Shown: positions 1-14,215 of the stretch, in pieces
Numbering within the stretch: the first letter of the stretch is position 1
Layout of the letters: every line of letters starts with the position of its first letter
DNA from: Octopus bimaculoides
Lineage: Eukaryota
Direction: 5' to 3'
Assembly: GCF_001194135.2 (NCBI RefSeq)
Contig: NC_068992.1
Coordinates: forward strand, 51,765,337 to 51,829,336
Length of the DNA: 64,000 nt
Notes under the pieces: generated by a model
Told to the model about the DNA's origin: nothing
The model's database searches: none
What the model saw: the letters and a program-made list of their open reading frames with translations, nothing else
Position numbers and translations under genes: made by a program

Positions 1-61
1 TAGTTCATGGCAAGTATATATATATATTTTTATATATATATATATATATATNNNNNNNNNN

Positions 62-96
<35 letters not shown>

Positions 97-99
97 ATG

Positions 100-600
100 C
101 AGTGTGTGATGGGTAAATTGTCACCATTTTATACTTTTAATTTCACACATGTGCATTGTTTGTTTTTGATTTTGTTAACTACAAAGTATAGTAGGGTCAG
201 TTGGGAAATGTCTGTGAGAAAAAAACCACACTGTGATGCAATTCACTCTGCCAGAAATATGGAAACGATATGCTGTACTACTTGGCGTTTGTGTCGGAAG
301 CTCCAATACGAACATTTCAGAGTGTTTGGGTGTCAATCTGAGTACAGTGCAATATGAGGACATGTACTGAGAGTGATAAAATTCAGATTTCCAGTCAACA
401 TCATGATGTTTTGAGAGATCACTAGTGATGGCGACATTATGCCTCCATTCATTTTCCTACATGACCTCACACTCAACATGGAGGTCTACAACAAGTGCCT
501 AGAGGAGGTGATGCTGCTCTGGGTCAAAAGGGTGACTGCTGGAAGACCCTATGTCTGGCAACACGACTCTGCACTATGCCATACAAGCAGGAGAACACAG
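100..600 (+). mobile_element. Tc1/mariner-superfamily transposon remnant (catalytic-domain fragment, degenerate, internally deleted)
   Basis: About 390-600 translates as PVNIMMF*EITSDGDIMPPFIFLHDLTLNMEVYNKCLEEVMLLWVKRVTAGRPYVWQHDSALCHTSRRTQ. WQHDSALCH matches the second-Asp motif (QQDSAP.H) of Tc1/maT-like transposases. TIR-like CAGTGTGTGATGGGTAAATTG at 100. Confidence 0.8.
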
Positions 601-845
601 AAGTCAACATCTCTGAGATTGAAACAAGACACATTTTTATGGCCGTAAATAGACTACACCCAGCAGCTCAGAAAGGAAAACCTATGTAGGTTAGGTGTGA
701 CGAAGAAGTCGAACCATTTCTCCTGCGAAACAATACTGATGTAAGAAGGTCGAAACTTACGTTATAACAAACACTAACCAAAACCTGCAATATATGCCCT
801 TTAATATATTAAATTTTTTTTAAATGTTCTAAAATGTTATTTACC

Positions 846-1813
846 TCATTTATAAATTAATTCAATTCTTCGATCTTCCTGGGCAAATATATCTATCATA
901 TTTTCGTAGAAATCTTCTCTTTTCGTCAATTGTTGTAATAAATTGTTTTCAATTGACATTAGTGCTAACCCAGACAGTCTTCTTTCTCCTGTCGCATTTC
1001 TTTGGTATGTTTCAACTCTACTTAATACAGAAAAGGATCNNNNNNNNNNNNNNNNNNNNNNNNNNNNNNNNNNNNNNNNNNNNNNNNNAACAAGGCCAAG
1101 AGAATAATTTATTAAGTGTAGCACTTCCAGTTAACCATTTTTTCTTTTCCTACAAATTAACCTGAAATTGTCTCGTGAATTTCTTGTTGTAGCTTCACAA
1201 ATTAGGTAAATTCGGTGTTGGTCTCCCACCGTTTATAATTAATTGTTTCTTTTTTCGAAAAACTATTTCTCAAAATATCGTTTATAACACTCATTTTGAA
1301 AAAGGTTACTTTTATATAAAAACACACGAGTAAGTGTCTGAGTAAATTGCATCTGAGTCAATTTCAACAAAACGGAAAAATAACGTTAGTCAAATTAATT
1401 TAGGATTAATTAGCTACTTCTGAAATATGAAATATAATATAGATAATATCTTTTGTTGTCAACAGATGTTTTGAATAAAAAAAAAGAAATTCAAACTTAC
1501 CGCCAGTTTATTCCGACATTTCAGTTGGCTAACTCAGGAATTATGGGATTGCCCTTTGTTCGTGTGAGAAAGTGGAACGAGGTTAGCAACAATTCTACAC
1601 TAACAAAGAGACAGAGAGGGGGTGTCACGTGGTCTTCTCAAAGCAGACGTATGAGTCAGTGAGAGAGGGGGAAGGGGAGGCAGAATATTTTGAAAACACC
1701 TGGATGGAGTTTCTTTGAAACAAAAGTAACTATTTTATCTAATTTTCCGATGATATGGATAAAAAATGACAGAGCATGCAGCGCATACCTTGCTTGCCTG
1801 ATAGTGCAAGCCC

Positions 1814-1816
<3 letters not shown>
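846..1816 (-). mobile_element. hAT transposon remnant, C-terminal dimerisation domain (ZMYM1-like)
   Basis: 846-1037 minus reads SFSVLSRVETYQRNATGERRLSGLALMSIE...IDIFAQEDRRIEL, matching the hATC pattern ERSFS.L..IK.YLR....ERL..LA.LSIE. A CAGGGG TIR-like start lies on minus at 1816. Interrupted by the N gap 1040-1088. The other TIR was not found. Confidence 0.75.
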
Positions 1817-1876
<60 letters not shown>

Positions 1877-3242
1877 TCACACACACACATACTTATCTAT
1901 ATACATACATACATGTATGTGTATATATATACATATATTTCTGTGTGTTTCTTCTTTCTCATTGCTTTATTTAAAAATCCAGTTATGTAAACTATATTCA
2001 TATACAACTCATGCAAGGCTTCATAAATAAATTCTATCTATGTTTTACATGTCACATTTATAGTTGGGTATTGGTATTTTTTACTTCAATTTTTTCCTCG
2101 GTTTATTTCAATTTTTTCCCCCTCATAGCAATGTGTCGTCTGGATGGGTTTTTTTTTCTTCTCACTTTTTATTACTTACATTTCCTTAGTTTTCAATTTC
2201 ATTCTCTTCCTCTTTCCTGTAAATACAATATGTTCTGGCTATTTCCGTTGCAGTTTGCTTACTAATATAATAAAAGATATATTTTCAATTTAAAGACATA
2301 GCAAGCTTCGTTAACTAATATATTGCAGTGAGGCTTTCTCATAGAGTGAAACACATATATGTTCTGAAGCAATTCTCATTGAACACTATACATTGTTTAT
2401 TTTATGTAAGCATTCACAAGCAAAGAAGGTAAATGTAATGTTTTCTGTACAATTTGGCTGAGTTTCGACCACGACTATGGTAAAAAGTAATCTGTTCACT
2501 GGTAGAAAATGGTTTCTCTAGAAAAAAAAAAAAATAATAAAATTAAAGAAACATATTTCCTCTGTTCATAGGTATTTTCTTTTACCATTTACATTGTTTT
2601 GTTTTTTATTCTGGGCATTTAATGTACTCTATTTTGTTAGTTGAAAGTATTTCGATGTTATAAACATGTGCATGACAATATTTGTAATGCAATGAAAAAC
2701 ACCACAAATGTGTTTCAGCAATTTTTTAGAAATAATCAAGAGTTTACAAGAGTTCATTAAAATAACAATTTCTATACTCACACACACACACACAAGCATT
2801 GATACACCCACATATATTTATATGTGTACATTGGTTTATGTTGGTCAAATGAGAAAGAGAAATGTGTTCAATACATATATCATGGAGGGTATGTTTTCTT
2901 TTATTGAAAGTGTGTGTGGGTGTGTATGCATGTCTGTGTGTTTGCACGTACCCATGCCTTGACATCATGTGATGGTTGTTAATGAATATCAACATCATGT
3001 AAGCAATGGAAAACACAGGTGCAAAAATAAACAGTATCTTTGGTGATAGATAGCAAGTTCTTAACAGAATATGTCCTCATCAGCGAAACTGAGTTCAGGA
3101 AGTGCTATGCATTGTACTCCCCACCCACGTTACTCCTCCTTCCTCCTCCCTTACATTAGGCCTACTTCTTCTCAGCCCCATGCCAGTTCCATCAAAACAC
3201 CCTACCCATGTCATCTCTCTCTCGCTCTCTTTTCTTTTTCTT

Positions 3243-3279
<37 letters not shown>

Positions 3280-3689
3280 CTCAACTTCAATGACTTTATC
3301 ATATCAACTACTCTTGCTGCTCATCACCCAACCACTTCTGCATCCCCCATCTCACCCATCACATAGTTCTTTATTCATCCATCCTTCAACCCTACCCATT
3401 TTGGCAATCTGTTTCTCCACTCCTTATTCTCCCTCTCATATAATCTTGCACACTGCTTCTTCAACTCACCTTGTGCTTCCGGGTCAATCTAAGCACTTTC
3501 TTGCTTTTAGCTATCTCTTGTGGTTCCTACTGTTCAGTTTCTCTTTCTCTCCCCTTCCCCTACAAGATGTGAGTAACCATGCAAATTCTCTTCATGAACC
3601 TACTCAACGCCACTTCTCAGTTCAATTTCTTTGTCCTCTAGCATGAAGCTGACCATCCTCCATGTTTTGGTGTTCTGTGAGCTGCATGG

Positions 3690-3699
3690 TAAGCTCAAT

Positions 3700-3749
<50 letters not shown>

Positions 3750-3860
3750 TACACAAACAAACAACAGGCTTCTTTCAGTTTTTGTCTACCACTTTAGAAG
3801 ACACTTGCCAAAGGTGCCATGTGATTGGAAAGCTTCTTACCACACAGCCATGCCTGCACC
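3690..3860 (-). mobile_element. tRNA-derived SINE family A (CORE-like), partial
   Basis: AGAAGACACTTGCC-AAGGTGCCA...CTTACCACACAGCC, homologous to the 4902-5316 copy. Confidence 0.75.
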
Positions 3861-4190
3861 TATGTATGGGGGGTGTGTATGTGTATAGATATGTATGAAT
3901 TATTCCTAATTGCAGATGTGTTGTAAAGAATACTTGATTCTTGATATTAAATCCCTTCTTTAGAGTTGATATCAAAAATCACTAAGTAATTTGTCTACCA
4001 TATCGGTTAGTAGATAAATAACAAGATATTTTTCATGGAGCTAAATTAATTCTTCCTTTTTCATCTATGATGTTCAAATATGTGCTGCTGGCCATCCCAA
4101 GTTATTTTTCTTCACTCAGCCTTGTCCCATGCGCATACACACACATGCATGCATACATGTGTGTGAGTGTGTGTACATAATATAGAAGAT

Positions 4191-4410
4191 AAGATGGTGA
4201 GCTGACTGAATCATTACCCCACCAAGCAAAATGCTTAACATCTCATCTGTCTTTATGTTCTGGTTTTGTATTCTGCTGCAGTTGACTTTGCCCTTCATTG
4301 TTTTTGGGGGGGTCAACGAACTAAGTACCAGTTGATCACTGGGGGGGGGGGGCAGCATAATCGACTTACCTCTCCCCCAAATTTGCTGGCCTTGTGCCAA
4401 AATTTGAAAC
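4191..4410 (+). mobile_element. tRNA-derived SINE family B (B2 tail), degenerate
   Basis: GGTGAGCTGACTGAATCATTA head, central GTTGACTTTGCCCTTCAT...AAGTACCAG, tail GCTGGCCTTGTGCCAAAATTTGAAAC. Confidence 0.7.
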
Positions 4411-4901
4411 AGCATAGAAGAAGAAGGGAAAATCACGGCATCATAAGTAGGACATAAATACCACTACAAACCATGTAGCTTTGGTAACCACTACACAAAA
4501 ACTTCATTTCAACCTTTGACCTCCTAAATTTGCATACTTAAATTTAGTGCCTATGATGACATTCAAATGATTCACCAGTGGGTGTCTGAGTTGACACAAT
4601 ATTCAATGAATCGCATTATATACATATATCTGATGTGGTAGTAAAAGATGAAAAGTAATTGTAACATTGCCTGCAGCATTTAAACGCCACATCCGCTGTA
4701 AATTATACTGCGATGTTATTAGAATAATGAAGTTTGAATGAAGCATTTGTGATAGAATTGTTACTGCTGACTTCAATGTTTGTACAATGGAAATTGGAAC
4801 TCAAGGGATCGTCACTTTATAGAATACAAAACAACAGTCTTATAATTTGATATTTCAGTTTTAAGAGCACTTTATCAAGAGAAAATTGTGAGTGTGATGA
4901 G

Positions 4902-5316
4902 CTCTTTTACTCTTTTACTCTTTTACTTGTTTCAGTCATTTGACTGTGGCCATGCTGGAGCACCGCCTTCAGTCGAGGAAATCGACCCCAGGACTTATTC
5001 TTTGTAAGCCTAGTACTTATTCTATTGGTCTCTTTTTGCCGAACCGCTAAGTTACGGGGACGTAAACATACCAGCATTGGTTGTCAAGCGATGGTGGGGG
5101 GGGGGACAAATACAGACACACAAACACACATACATATATATATATATACATATATACGACGGGCTTCTTTCAGTTTCCGTCTACCAAATCCACTCACAAG
5201 GCTTTGGTTGGCCCGAGGCTATAGTAGAAGACACTTGCCCAAAGTGCCACACAGTGGGACTGAACGCGGAACCATGTGGTTGGTAAGTAAGCTACTTACC
5301 ACACAGCCACTCCTGC
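4902..5316 (-). mobile_element. tRNA-derived SINE family A (CORE-like), near full length
   Basis: On minus: A-box TGGCTGTGTGGTAAG, B-box-like CGTTCAGTCCC, CORE-like GGCACTTTGGGCAAGTGTCTT, and a (GTAAAAGA)n tail. More than 10 homologous fragments occur in the window. Confidence 0.85.
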
Positions 5317-6849
5317 TGATAGCTTTCTATTATGACACATGTGAAGGTTGTGTGACATATACAGACTGGTATTGTTATAATACTCAATCTACTTCATGCA
5401 ATTCATTTCTATTGTTTGAATTGATTTTGTCTATTAATGAAAATAGCATCCTTGATCCTTAATTTAAGACATCCATGCTGCCAATATGTTGTTTGGCATA
5501 TGGCATTTCTTGAGTTTCTGAACTGATATGTTTATGAAGGATGTGTGTTAAGAGGGAGAAGGAAGGGGAGAAAGAGGAAATAGATGAGAACAGGATAAAG
5601 AGTGTTTATGCTACTCATTAGTAATAAAATGTATGATTCGATAAGTATTGTATGAGCATTTACATACGAGCACCTCATATACAAGATTTCGTACATGCAA
5701 ACTTACGCACTTAATTTCTGGTATGCTTATGTGCGCATGCACACAGACACACACATCTTGATGTATGTATGTTTGTATGATCATCATCATCCCCATCAAC
5801 ATCATATATATATATATATATATATTTAATTTAAATAAAGAACTATTATTACAATTGCTAATGATGATAATAAAGTGGCTAGCAAGTTTACACCTTTACA
5901 GGTAAAACAGAATTATCATTTCTCACTCATAATTTTTGAGAAGCTGATAATACTACTAGATCCCGACAATTTCAAGGAACTGCAGTGTTTCAAATAGATA
6001 AGTCTCCTTGGAATTGCAATATGTAATGTTTAAATATATCAAAGTTCTCCATTGTCAGGAGTATACCTTGAAGCAATTAAGAAACTGAAGCAATTAAGAA
6101 ACTGTTGTAATGACTTTGCCATTTGGTGTCACACCTGGTTCACTCACAAAACAGATATATCAATATAACTAGTATTTTCTGCACTGATATAAAACGGGCA
6201 ACCAATGTACTTTTATTCAAGTAGATTTAATGATGTTGAAAAAAAATAACATACTGCAGACTCTTAAAATCTGTCGGAAAAAACTGATATTCTTCAGTGC
6301 AAAAATTCAAACTTTTTAGAAATTAATAAGCAATGGCTTTTGCATTTAACTGTCAATTTAAATATGCTATTGAAAATATCAAACTATGTCATTGAATACT
6401 ATTTAAGACTACAGCTGTCTTATGTAGAATTCTTGAATCTGCTACAGTTAAGGAATTGTTAAGTGAGTAGCAGATGTATGTAACAAAGAAAATTTATGAA
6501 AAGATAGAACACACTGGCTTAGAAAGGCAAATTGCTCATATAAATTGCTCATTTGGCTGCATTGATCTTTTTAAAAAAAGACATGCTATGGGTAAAACTA
6601 AATATATTTTTCATTTGCCTGCTTAGGCTACAGAAATGGGCCGTGTCACAGGTCTTTGTAGTGCCACTGACACTAGTGGGACTGATGCTATTAACATAGT
6701 GTTAACATAGTTGCAAATTGATGATTTTGGTATGATATGAGCAGGGAAGGAATTCCACAGCCAACATTGTGGAAGGGAAGGAAGGAAGGAAAGCAGGAGG
6801 GAAGGAAGGAAGGAAGGAAGGAAAGACAGACTGAGCATAGTGATTTGTG

Positions 6850-8150
6850 CAAAGCCTGGGTTTTCAAACCAAAATGCGCGATAAGATTATGTTGGAATTA
6901 TTTAGTTGGTAGTACATGAATGGAAGTAACAGAGCCAACCAGTTACAATGATTGTTTGAATGCGTGACATATGTGCAAGTTTATAAACCTTACTTCATCA
7001 ATATTACAAAAGGCCAACTATTATAATCAACTAAACTTTGGCCATGACTGTCACTTGTTTTGGTCAGACCAAAACAAATTACCAAAATGTGCTACAATTG
7101 CATTTTGATAGCACATAATAAGTTTATGCATCACCCTTTTACGTGTGTCATATGAAAAGTAATTTCACAAGATATTATTCACTGTTTCTCTTCATTATTC
7201 ACCTTATTTGGCATTTCAAGTTTTGCTCATAGTAACGATATCACTCAATATGACAGCACTGAATTTTGCTAACATTTGTGTAGATGGAATTTCCATAAGA
7301 ATTTAATGATTCTCTACCATTGACAAACGAATGGTCAAAATGAATGGAACAGTGGAGTAATAGGAAGATTGAGTCAGTTACATTTCAAACAAACAAAATG
7401 ATAAAATATCAGGAGAAGGTTTCCTACTGTCTTTGCTTTCATGAATATTAGATAATTGCTTTCTGAAGATTTAAATATAGTCATCGTGTAGCATAATCTA
7501 ACTTTTCACATCATTCAACACTGCAAAGACCAAAGGGTTTTATCCTTAATTCTCTGGCGTTAACACAATTATTTCCTGCTTGGCTTTCTTCTGTAAAATA
7601 TGTGAACCATAAAAAAAAAAAAGAGAAACATATATGGCTATCAAAAAGCAAAAGGGATCCATAAAATGTAGTTGTTAGTGAAAAATGCTCTAACTATTAC
7701 ATCCTGTTTCAATTTGCTGACATTGGATGGGTGACATGATTCAGTTTCAATCAGCCATTTGTCTCAAGCTCCTGAATCTATGATTTAAGATAACTGCAAT
7801 GAAAATTGTAAACCTTTGATCAGGCCATGCTTTCTCTGAAGCAAACACAACAACAAGAATAATGATATGATATTGGAAGTAATACATGAAGACATACCAA
7901 ATAGTTACGTTATCACATTTGTAACAAACGATTCTAACAGGCCAAAAACAACAAGAAGATTGCCTGCCTAATTGAATCACTGTTCTAAAGGTAAATGATG
8001 GCTCCTTTTCAACACACAGCTGTGAACAGGTTATAACCAATGATCACATTGACAATGTTACTTGCTTGCAATCCACTGCAAAAGCATATCTGAGCTTCTT
8101 GAGATGTTTCAATGTGTTAGGCAGTTTTGGAAATGAAAATCTCATTCATG
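6850..8150 (+). mobile_element. Highly degenerate hAT (Charlie/Buster-like) transposase remnant
   Basis: Collinear motifs across stops and frameshifts: QLHFDST (~LQLDEST, 7095), NICVDG (~ICTDG, 7271), LLSEDLNIV (~7455), WLSKSK (~RWLSRGK, 7635), SFSTHSCEQ (~PFST.LCE, 8003). Confidence 0.55.
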
Positions 8151-8539
8151 CAATATCAGTGGTTCCCAGTTATATGTGTACACATGTCCAAAATGTTTAT
8201 TGTTCAATAAACTGGTAGATAATCGTTTCACTTGGAAATAGAAAAAGGTTGGTATTAGGAAGGGTTTTTGGCTATAGAAAACTCTACCCCAACATAGTCT
8301 AATCAGAACCCTGAATGCATGGAAAAGTTGAAGTTAACACAGTGATGTTACTGCTGCTACTGCTGCTGCTGAAGATGATGTGAAGAATGAGGAGGAGGAG
8401 GAGGAGGAGGTGGCAAGTCAAAATTTATTCTTAATTAAAAAGAGGAAGATGACATAGATACATACATATGCATATACATACGTACATATATACAGACATA
8501 CATATGTATGTACATACGTACGTATATACATGCAGACAT

Positions 8540-9000
8540 GTGCACCAACAGATGGGAGTAAAAGACACCAATTCAAAGGATAATACTGAACCAAAGTGGA
8601 TTACCTGCCTTCAAAATAACGTCAATAGAATAAGAGAAAATTAGGATATTTGGACACTATCATCAAATGCAGAGCTAAAAATGTGTTCCCAAATTACCAA
8701 ATACAACTACATGATACATTCTCCAAATTCTGTGGGAACTGCTTTTAAGAAAACATTCACAGATAAACTGATTATCCTCATGAGTGATATGAGTGAAAAA
8801 CTTCATTAGTGTAAAAAATTATACAAATAAAAAATGATTAATCAAAAGTTCACTCGAAACCCACAAACCCTCTGTCACAGAATGAAAGTTGATACCACCA
8901 AGGTAGCAAATGCTCTTCTCCAGGAAGGCATGGAATAATCCTGGTGGGGAATCTGGAATCTAAACAAAGAACACAGTCATCAACTACGAAGTGAGTATAG
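8540..9000 (+). mobile_element. Non-LTR retrotransposon ORF fragment upstream of the RT domain, R4/Dong-like
   Basis: PKWITCLQNNVNRIREN* followed by NQKFTRNPQTLCHRMK...EGME*SWWGIWNLNKEH. Resembles from memory the N-terminal P.W..RL...I..LR / N..F..N.K.FY / FW..IW...H motifs of R4/Dong ORFs. Confidence 0.5.
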
Positions 9001-9171
9001 TGTAAATGCCTCTTTCAAACATAACATCACCAGTGAAACACCACTGACAGTTAATAGTTATTATGAAACTGCTAAATGGAAACTGACCTGAGAGAGGCCG
9101 AGAGAGACTGCTGCTGTAACCACTGGGCCATTGCGCCTTCACAGTATGTATGTATATATATGTATACATAT

Positions 9172-9412
9172 ATTTCTTATATCTTTATTGCCCACAAGGG
9201 GCTAAACATGGAGGAGACAAACAAGGACAGATAAAGGGATTAAGTCGATTACATCGACCCCAGTGTGTAACTGATACTTAATTTATTGACTCTGAAAGGA
9301 TGAAAGGCAAAGTCAACCTCGGCGGAATTTGAACTCAGAACCTAACGGCAGACGAAATACCGCTAGGCATTTCGCCAGGTGTGCTAACATTTCTGCCAGA
9401 TTGCCACCTTAT
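9172..9412 (-). mobile_element. tRNA-derived SINE family B (B1 tail)
   Basis: Minus: GGCAATCTGGCAGAAATGTTAGC, B-box GAGTTCAAATTCC, central domain GTTGACTTTGCCTTTCATCCTTTC, tail CCCCTTGTGGGCAATAAAG. Confidence 0.85.
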
Positions 9413-9539
9413 GTCCACATACATTTCTACCTACATACATAGATATATGGCTATAATAGAAGATACTAAATTTGTCATGTAGGGTTTGGGAGTAGATTTC
9501 TTAACTATACACCTGTACACACATCTCTTGTAGATTTTG

Positions 9540-9915
9540 CCTTTTACTAGCTTCAGTCATTAGACTGTGGCCATGCTGGGGCACCATCTTAAAGAATATT
9601 TTAGTTGAATGAGTTGACACTCATATTTCTTTTTTTGCTAAACCTGGTACTTATTCTATTGATCTCTTTTGCTGAACTGCTAGGTTACAGAGACACAAAC
9701 ACACCAACACCAGTTGTCAGGACACAACAAAACACACACATAGCTGTGTGTGTGTGTGTGTGCGATGGACCTCTTTCAGTTTCCATCCACCAAACCCACT
9801 CACAAGGCTTTGGTCAGCCCAAGGCTATTATAGAAGACACTTGCCCAACTTGCCACATGGTGAGACGGAACCTAGGCCCATATGGTTGGGAAGTAAACTT
9901 CTTACCACACAGCCA
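9540..9915 (-). mobile_element. SINE family A, near full length, diverged
   Basis: Collinear with 4902-5316. Confidence 0.8.
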
Positions 9916-10861
9916 CTCAAGCACCAATAAAATATAAAAACAATTCTCATCTCTGCAAAGGAGAATAAATATAAAACAAATTATAATCTTATATGTAATT
10001 ATACAATGCTTCTTAATGTTGTTATTACCAATTCTATCATGCTAGGATAGATTGTGTAGGCTGTGGATACTCTTCCAAATATTCCATCTTTAATTTTTTT
10101 TTCTAGATTTCATTGGAACATTTCATCTAATTCCATCCATATTTAGATAACATCCTCTTATTTATATCAGCAGAAGAACAAATAAAACATCAGCAAAGAA
10201 GACTTAGTTAAAGTCTGGAATTGTTTGGTACTCAAACCATGAGGCTGGAATGTGAACTTCTTAACCTCACAGCCTATCATGGAATGCTTAAAACGAAATG
10301 TGAGCAATTTAAAAACGATAGATTTTATATCAGATGTGTTACATTTTAGTTGTATATTGCTAAACTTGGTAGCAGATTGCAAATATTATAAGCTATCTTT
10401 GGCTGTTGTGTAACATGTGACTGTACAACTAATGTTATGCATGGTGAGTAGGTGTAGATTTCTTTATACATCGTGAAGCTGCAGCATAAATATATCTGAC
10501 TGCAGTTGCAGGGACACAATATGGATGTCTGGATGCTGCTATGAGATTACCACATGCATGTTGTTAGGAAGTTATTAAAGATACGTTACTGACATGGGTT
10601 TATGCATTTCTATGGCCAGAAACAAGATGTTTTGCATAGTTCACTTCGTAACCACGTGATTTTAGGATTTATACCACTGTGTGACAACTTGGGCAAATGT
10701 CTTCTGTTACAGAATCAGGATGACCAATGCCTCATGAGTAAAATCTGGGAGATGAAACTGTACTGAAACTTTTTATACATACATGTATGTGAATGCTTCT
10801 GCGCTTTCACATTGTCACTGTTTCAGTAAAAGTGCTACCTTAATTTTTTCTGTAGGATGGC

Positions 10862-11050
10862 AAGTTTGGTATGTGTAAGTACCAGTGGAATACTGGCACT
10901 CTGTCAGTTATGATGATAAGGGCTCCAGTTGATCTGATCAATGGAACAGCCTGCGCATGAAATTAACATACATGTGGCTGAGTACTCCATAGTTGTGCAA
11001 ATCCTTAATGTAGTTCACAAGGATACTCAGCATGACACAGTATGTATGGA
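10862..11050 (-). mobile_element. SINE family C 3' part
   Basis: GGGCTCCAGTTGATCTGATCAATGGAACAGCCTG...GTGGCTGAGTACTCC, matching 14630-14750. Confidence 0.7.
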
Positions 11051-11355
11051 AAGAAGACATATGAACATATACATGCATATATATGTATGTCTGTGTGTGC
11101 ATCATCATCATCATCGTTTAACGTCCGCTTTCCATGCTAGCATGGGTTGGACGATTTGACTGAGGACTGGTGCAACCGGATGGCTTATATATATATATAT
11201 ATACACACACACACTCACACTCACACACATACACACATAATTGTTTGTTTTGGGGTATACATGTGCACGTGTGTGCATGTGTGTGTATGTAAGGATTTAT
11301 TTACATCTATGTATATTAAGGAGAATGAGAGAGGATTATAGGAGTAAAATAGAGA

Positions 11356-11412
<57 letters not shown>

Positions 11413-12084
11413 TGTGTGTGTGTGTGTGTGTGTGTGAGTGTGTGTGTGTAGAAGATGATGCATGCAACATGTGCTCAGTGAAAACATTTGTTGGAGTTTT
11501 CACTAATTGAATTCAGAATAATACAATATTAAATATTTATTAAATATTACATTTTTGGATTATTTAAAGCAATAGTAAATGAAGAAAGGTACAAGAAGTT
11601 TCTCAATAATTCAAATGATTCTGTGGGATCTAAAAAAATATTCCATAGGAAAATATTGATTAACACTATATTGTAGACATGCCATTTCTTGGCTGAAAGC
11701 ATTCTTCATGTAAATATTATATATTTTTGTATCACAAGGAAACACTGATTTTGGTTGCTCTCATTATAGTTCTAAAATTAATCAATTTCTGTTACCCAAA
11801 CTAAACTATTCACTAAAATTAAAGTTAGATTAGATTTTGTTTCTCACGCTAGTATGGGTGGTTTATTTCTGAATATTTTGAACATTTTGTTTCATGTTTT
11901 ACAGATTCTGTTTGTTAGAGATGGAAATTGGAATGATTTGGATAACAAAACAAAAAGGTGTAAAAAAAAAAATAACTGCAATTGTTAAATTATTGTTATT
12001 ATATTTAATGCTAAGAGCATTAGAATGTTAACTGGAAATAATTAGGTGGCGAGAAAATAATTAAAGGTACAGGCATGATTGTAT

Positions 12085-12280
12085 AGTAAGAAATTTGCTT
12101 TGCAACAACATGGTTCTGGGTTCAGTCCCATTGCATGTTAACATCAACAAATATTTTTTGCTATAGCCACAGCTACCCATGTGAGAAAATTTGGTAGATG
12201 GAAATTGAAAAGCTCATTATACATACACACATGCATAAATACATACATACTTACATGTGTGTGTGTATTTGTGTCTCCTC
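12085..12280 (+). mobile_element. SINE family A 5' part, diverged
   Basis: GGTTCTGGGTTCAGTCCC...TTTGGTAGATGGAAATTGAAAAGC. Confidence 0.65.
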
Positions 12281-13370
12281 TTCTTCACTTACATTAAAAC
12301 TTTTCATAAAAATTTCATGTTAATATATGTGCTAACCACTGGTTTAATAATGATAAAATTATTTTACTAATTCTTCGTTATTTTCAAAGTTAATTGAAAT
12401 AAAACCAGTTTATGTAGTAGAAAGCTTGAAACAGGAACAGGAATAATAAGGCTTTTAAATACGCTTTTTATTGTTTTGCTTGGTATAAAGTCTGAAAACA
12501 AAAGTGTAAAATGTGACTGACCATCAAGGTCCCTCGACCATGGTGTTTCAAATTTATGGAGTTCAATCTGTATTAAAAAATCTTCACTCAATTCTGACTA
12601 TAGTAATCCAAACGAAAGTTTACAGAAGGCAACTAGTTTTCGGTGTGGTTAGGTTCCACCATATAAGAAACATATTCTTTGATGAGCCAAATAGGGAGCC
12701 TTTATGTGGCTACTTAATCTGCAAGAAATAGCAGTCAACATTATTTACATTATTTGCATTTGATGTCCCTGATCATAGGTCTGTTTAATTACAGCTAACA
12801 ACAACAACAACAACAACAGCAACAATATATTGCTTTTCTTGGGAGAGTTTCATAGTTCCAGAGAAGATTTGCTTGAAAATTGACCTTCTGCTCTTCAAAT
12901 GTATAACTTGTGAGAAGACTATGACTCCATCTTACACAACTTTTATTCTGACGTACCCAATAAGTGCAGTTTCTTTCATGTAATCATTGAGTTTTAGACT
13001 CTGACATTGTAACAGGGTCTGACAAATGTATTGAGTTAAAAATTGTTCTATTGTTTCATGACAATTATTAATTGGCTTATTCTCTGTAATAAGAAACAAC
13101 AATTATTTCAGTCAGTTTAATTTCTCACACATAATTTGATCAGAATGTCAACAAACAATGATATCATCATCATCCTTCTTATTTCTCTTTCTTGTTATGA
13201 TATTGTAACTCTAATTGGAAAGAAAATTTAAATTGTGTGGGTACCAAAAGTAACCAGACAAAATAAGATTAAAGCTTGCAAACACAGATATACATTAGCT
13301 ACTGTTTAAAGCTGTCAGTACATATACTTTAGAAATTATTTGAAGCCAAAAGCACATATACTAATACTGT

Positions 13371-13600
13371 TTAACCCTTTTGTTACCATATTTCTGTTGG
13401 GATACTCTGTGTTTCTTTCAATTAATTTCAAACATAACAAAAAATTTAATAAAATAGCTTAATTATCATTAAGCTAGTGTTAGGAACATAAATTGTGACT
13501 AAGGTTTGGTGGAAGATTTTAATTCAGAACTTTTGGAAACAAGACATCTGTACTACAGAGTCACAGGTAGTTTCAAGTAAGTTGGTATCCAAAAGGTCAA
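13371..13600. mobile_element. piggyBac-like MITE (family 2)
   Basis: TTAA at 13371 then CCCTTTTGTTACCA. The right end is TGGTATCCAAAAGG then TCAA (degenerate TTAA). About 230 bp, non-coding. Confidence 0.65.
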
Positions 13601-13971
13601 AGTTGTAATCATATATGTATACTATTACAAGTGTTTAAACATGTGAACATGTATTTTTATTACTGTCTGAAATTGTAAACACACATGTGATACTGACAGC
13701 AAATTTTGGCACAAAACCAGCAATTTTGGGAAAGGTGATAAATCGATTACATTGATACCACCTTAAACACGTGTGTAATATCAGTTTTTAGCATAGATAT
13801 ATTATTTATGCAATTTAAAGCTGTAAGTACATATGTATTATGTTTTTCACTTCAAAGCTGTAAGCACATATACAATTATTGTTGAAAGTTCTAAGCATAT
13901 ACATACTATAGCAATATTTTGATGCTGTAAACTGATGTAATATATCTGTTGTTTAAAACTGTAACCATACA

Positions 13972-14215
13972 TCATCATCATCATCATCGTTTAACGTCCA
14001 CTTTCCATGCTAGCATGGGTTGGATGATTTGACTGAGGACTGGCGAACCAGATAGCTACATTAGGCTCCAATCTGATTTGGCAGAGTTTCTACAGCTGGA
14101 TGCCCTTCCTAACGCCAAACACTCTGAGAGTGTAGTGGGTGCTTTTATGTGCCACCGGCACGAAGGCCAGTCAGGTAGTACTGGCAACGGCCACTCTCAA
14201 AATGGTACATAGTAT
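13972..14215 (-). mobile_element. RTE-type LINE 3' UTR or derived SINE tail (family E) with (GAT)n tail
   Basis: Reverse complement of the 21692-21990 and 55135-55465 repeat, ending CCATGCTAGCATGGAAAGTGGACGTTAAACGATGATGA. The link to RTE is an inference. Confidence 0.75.

Noticed and set aside
730-775. CTGATGT...GTCGAAAC as a hammerhead
   Set aside because: The core is CUGAUGU rather than CUGANGA, and no stem II or stem I pairing was found.
5900-8100. Minus-strand reading of the hAT remnant
   Set aside because: The apparent motifs were weak. The plus strand gives five collinear motifs with plausible spacing.
8157-8168. CAGTGGTTCCCA as the right TIR of the 6.9-8.1 kb hAT remnant
   Set aside because: It is in the wrong orientation for a right end and no partner was found.
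12367-12731. Overlapping 72-74 aa ORFs and a possible minus exon (SELSEDFLIQIELHKFETPWSRDLD)
   Set aside because: No recognisable homology, only moderate splice signals, and no linked exon.
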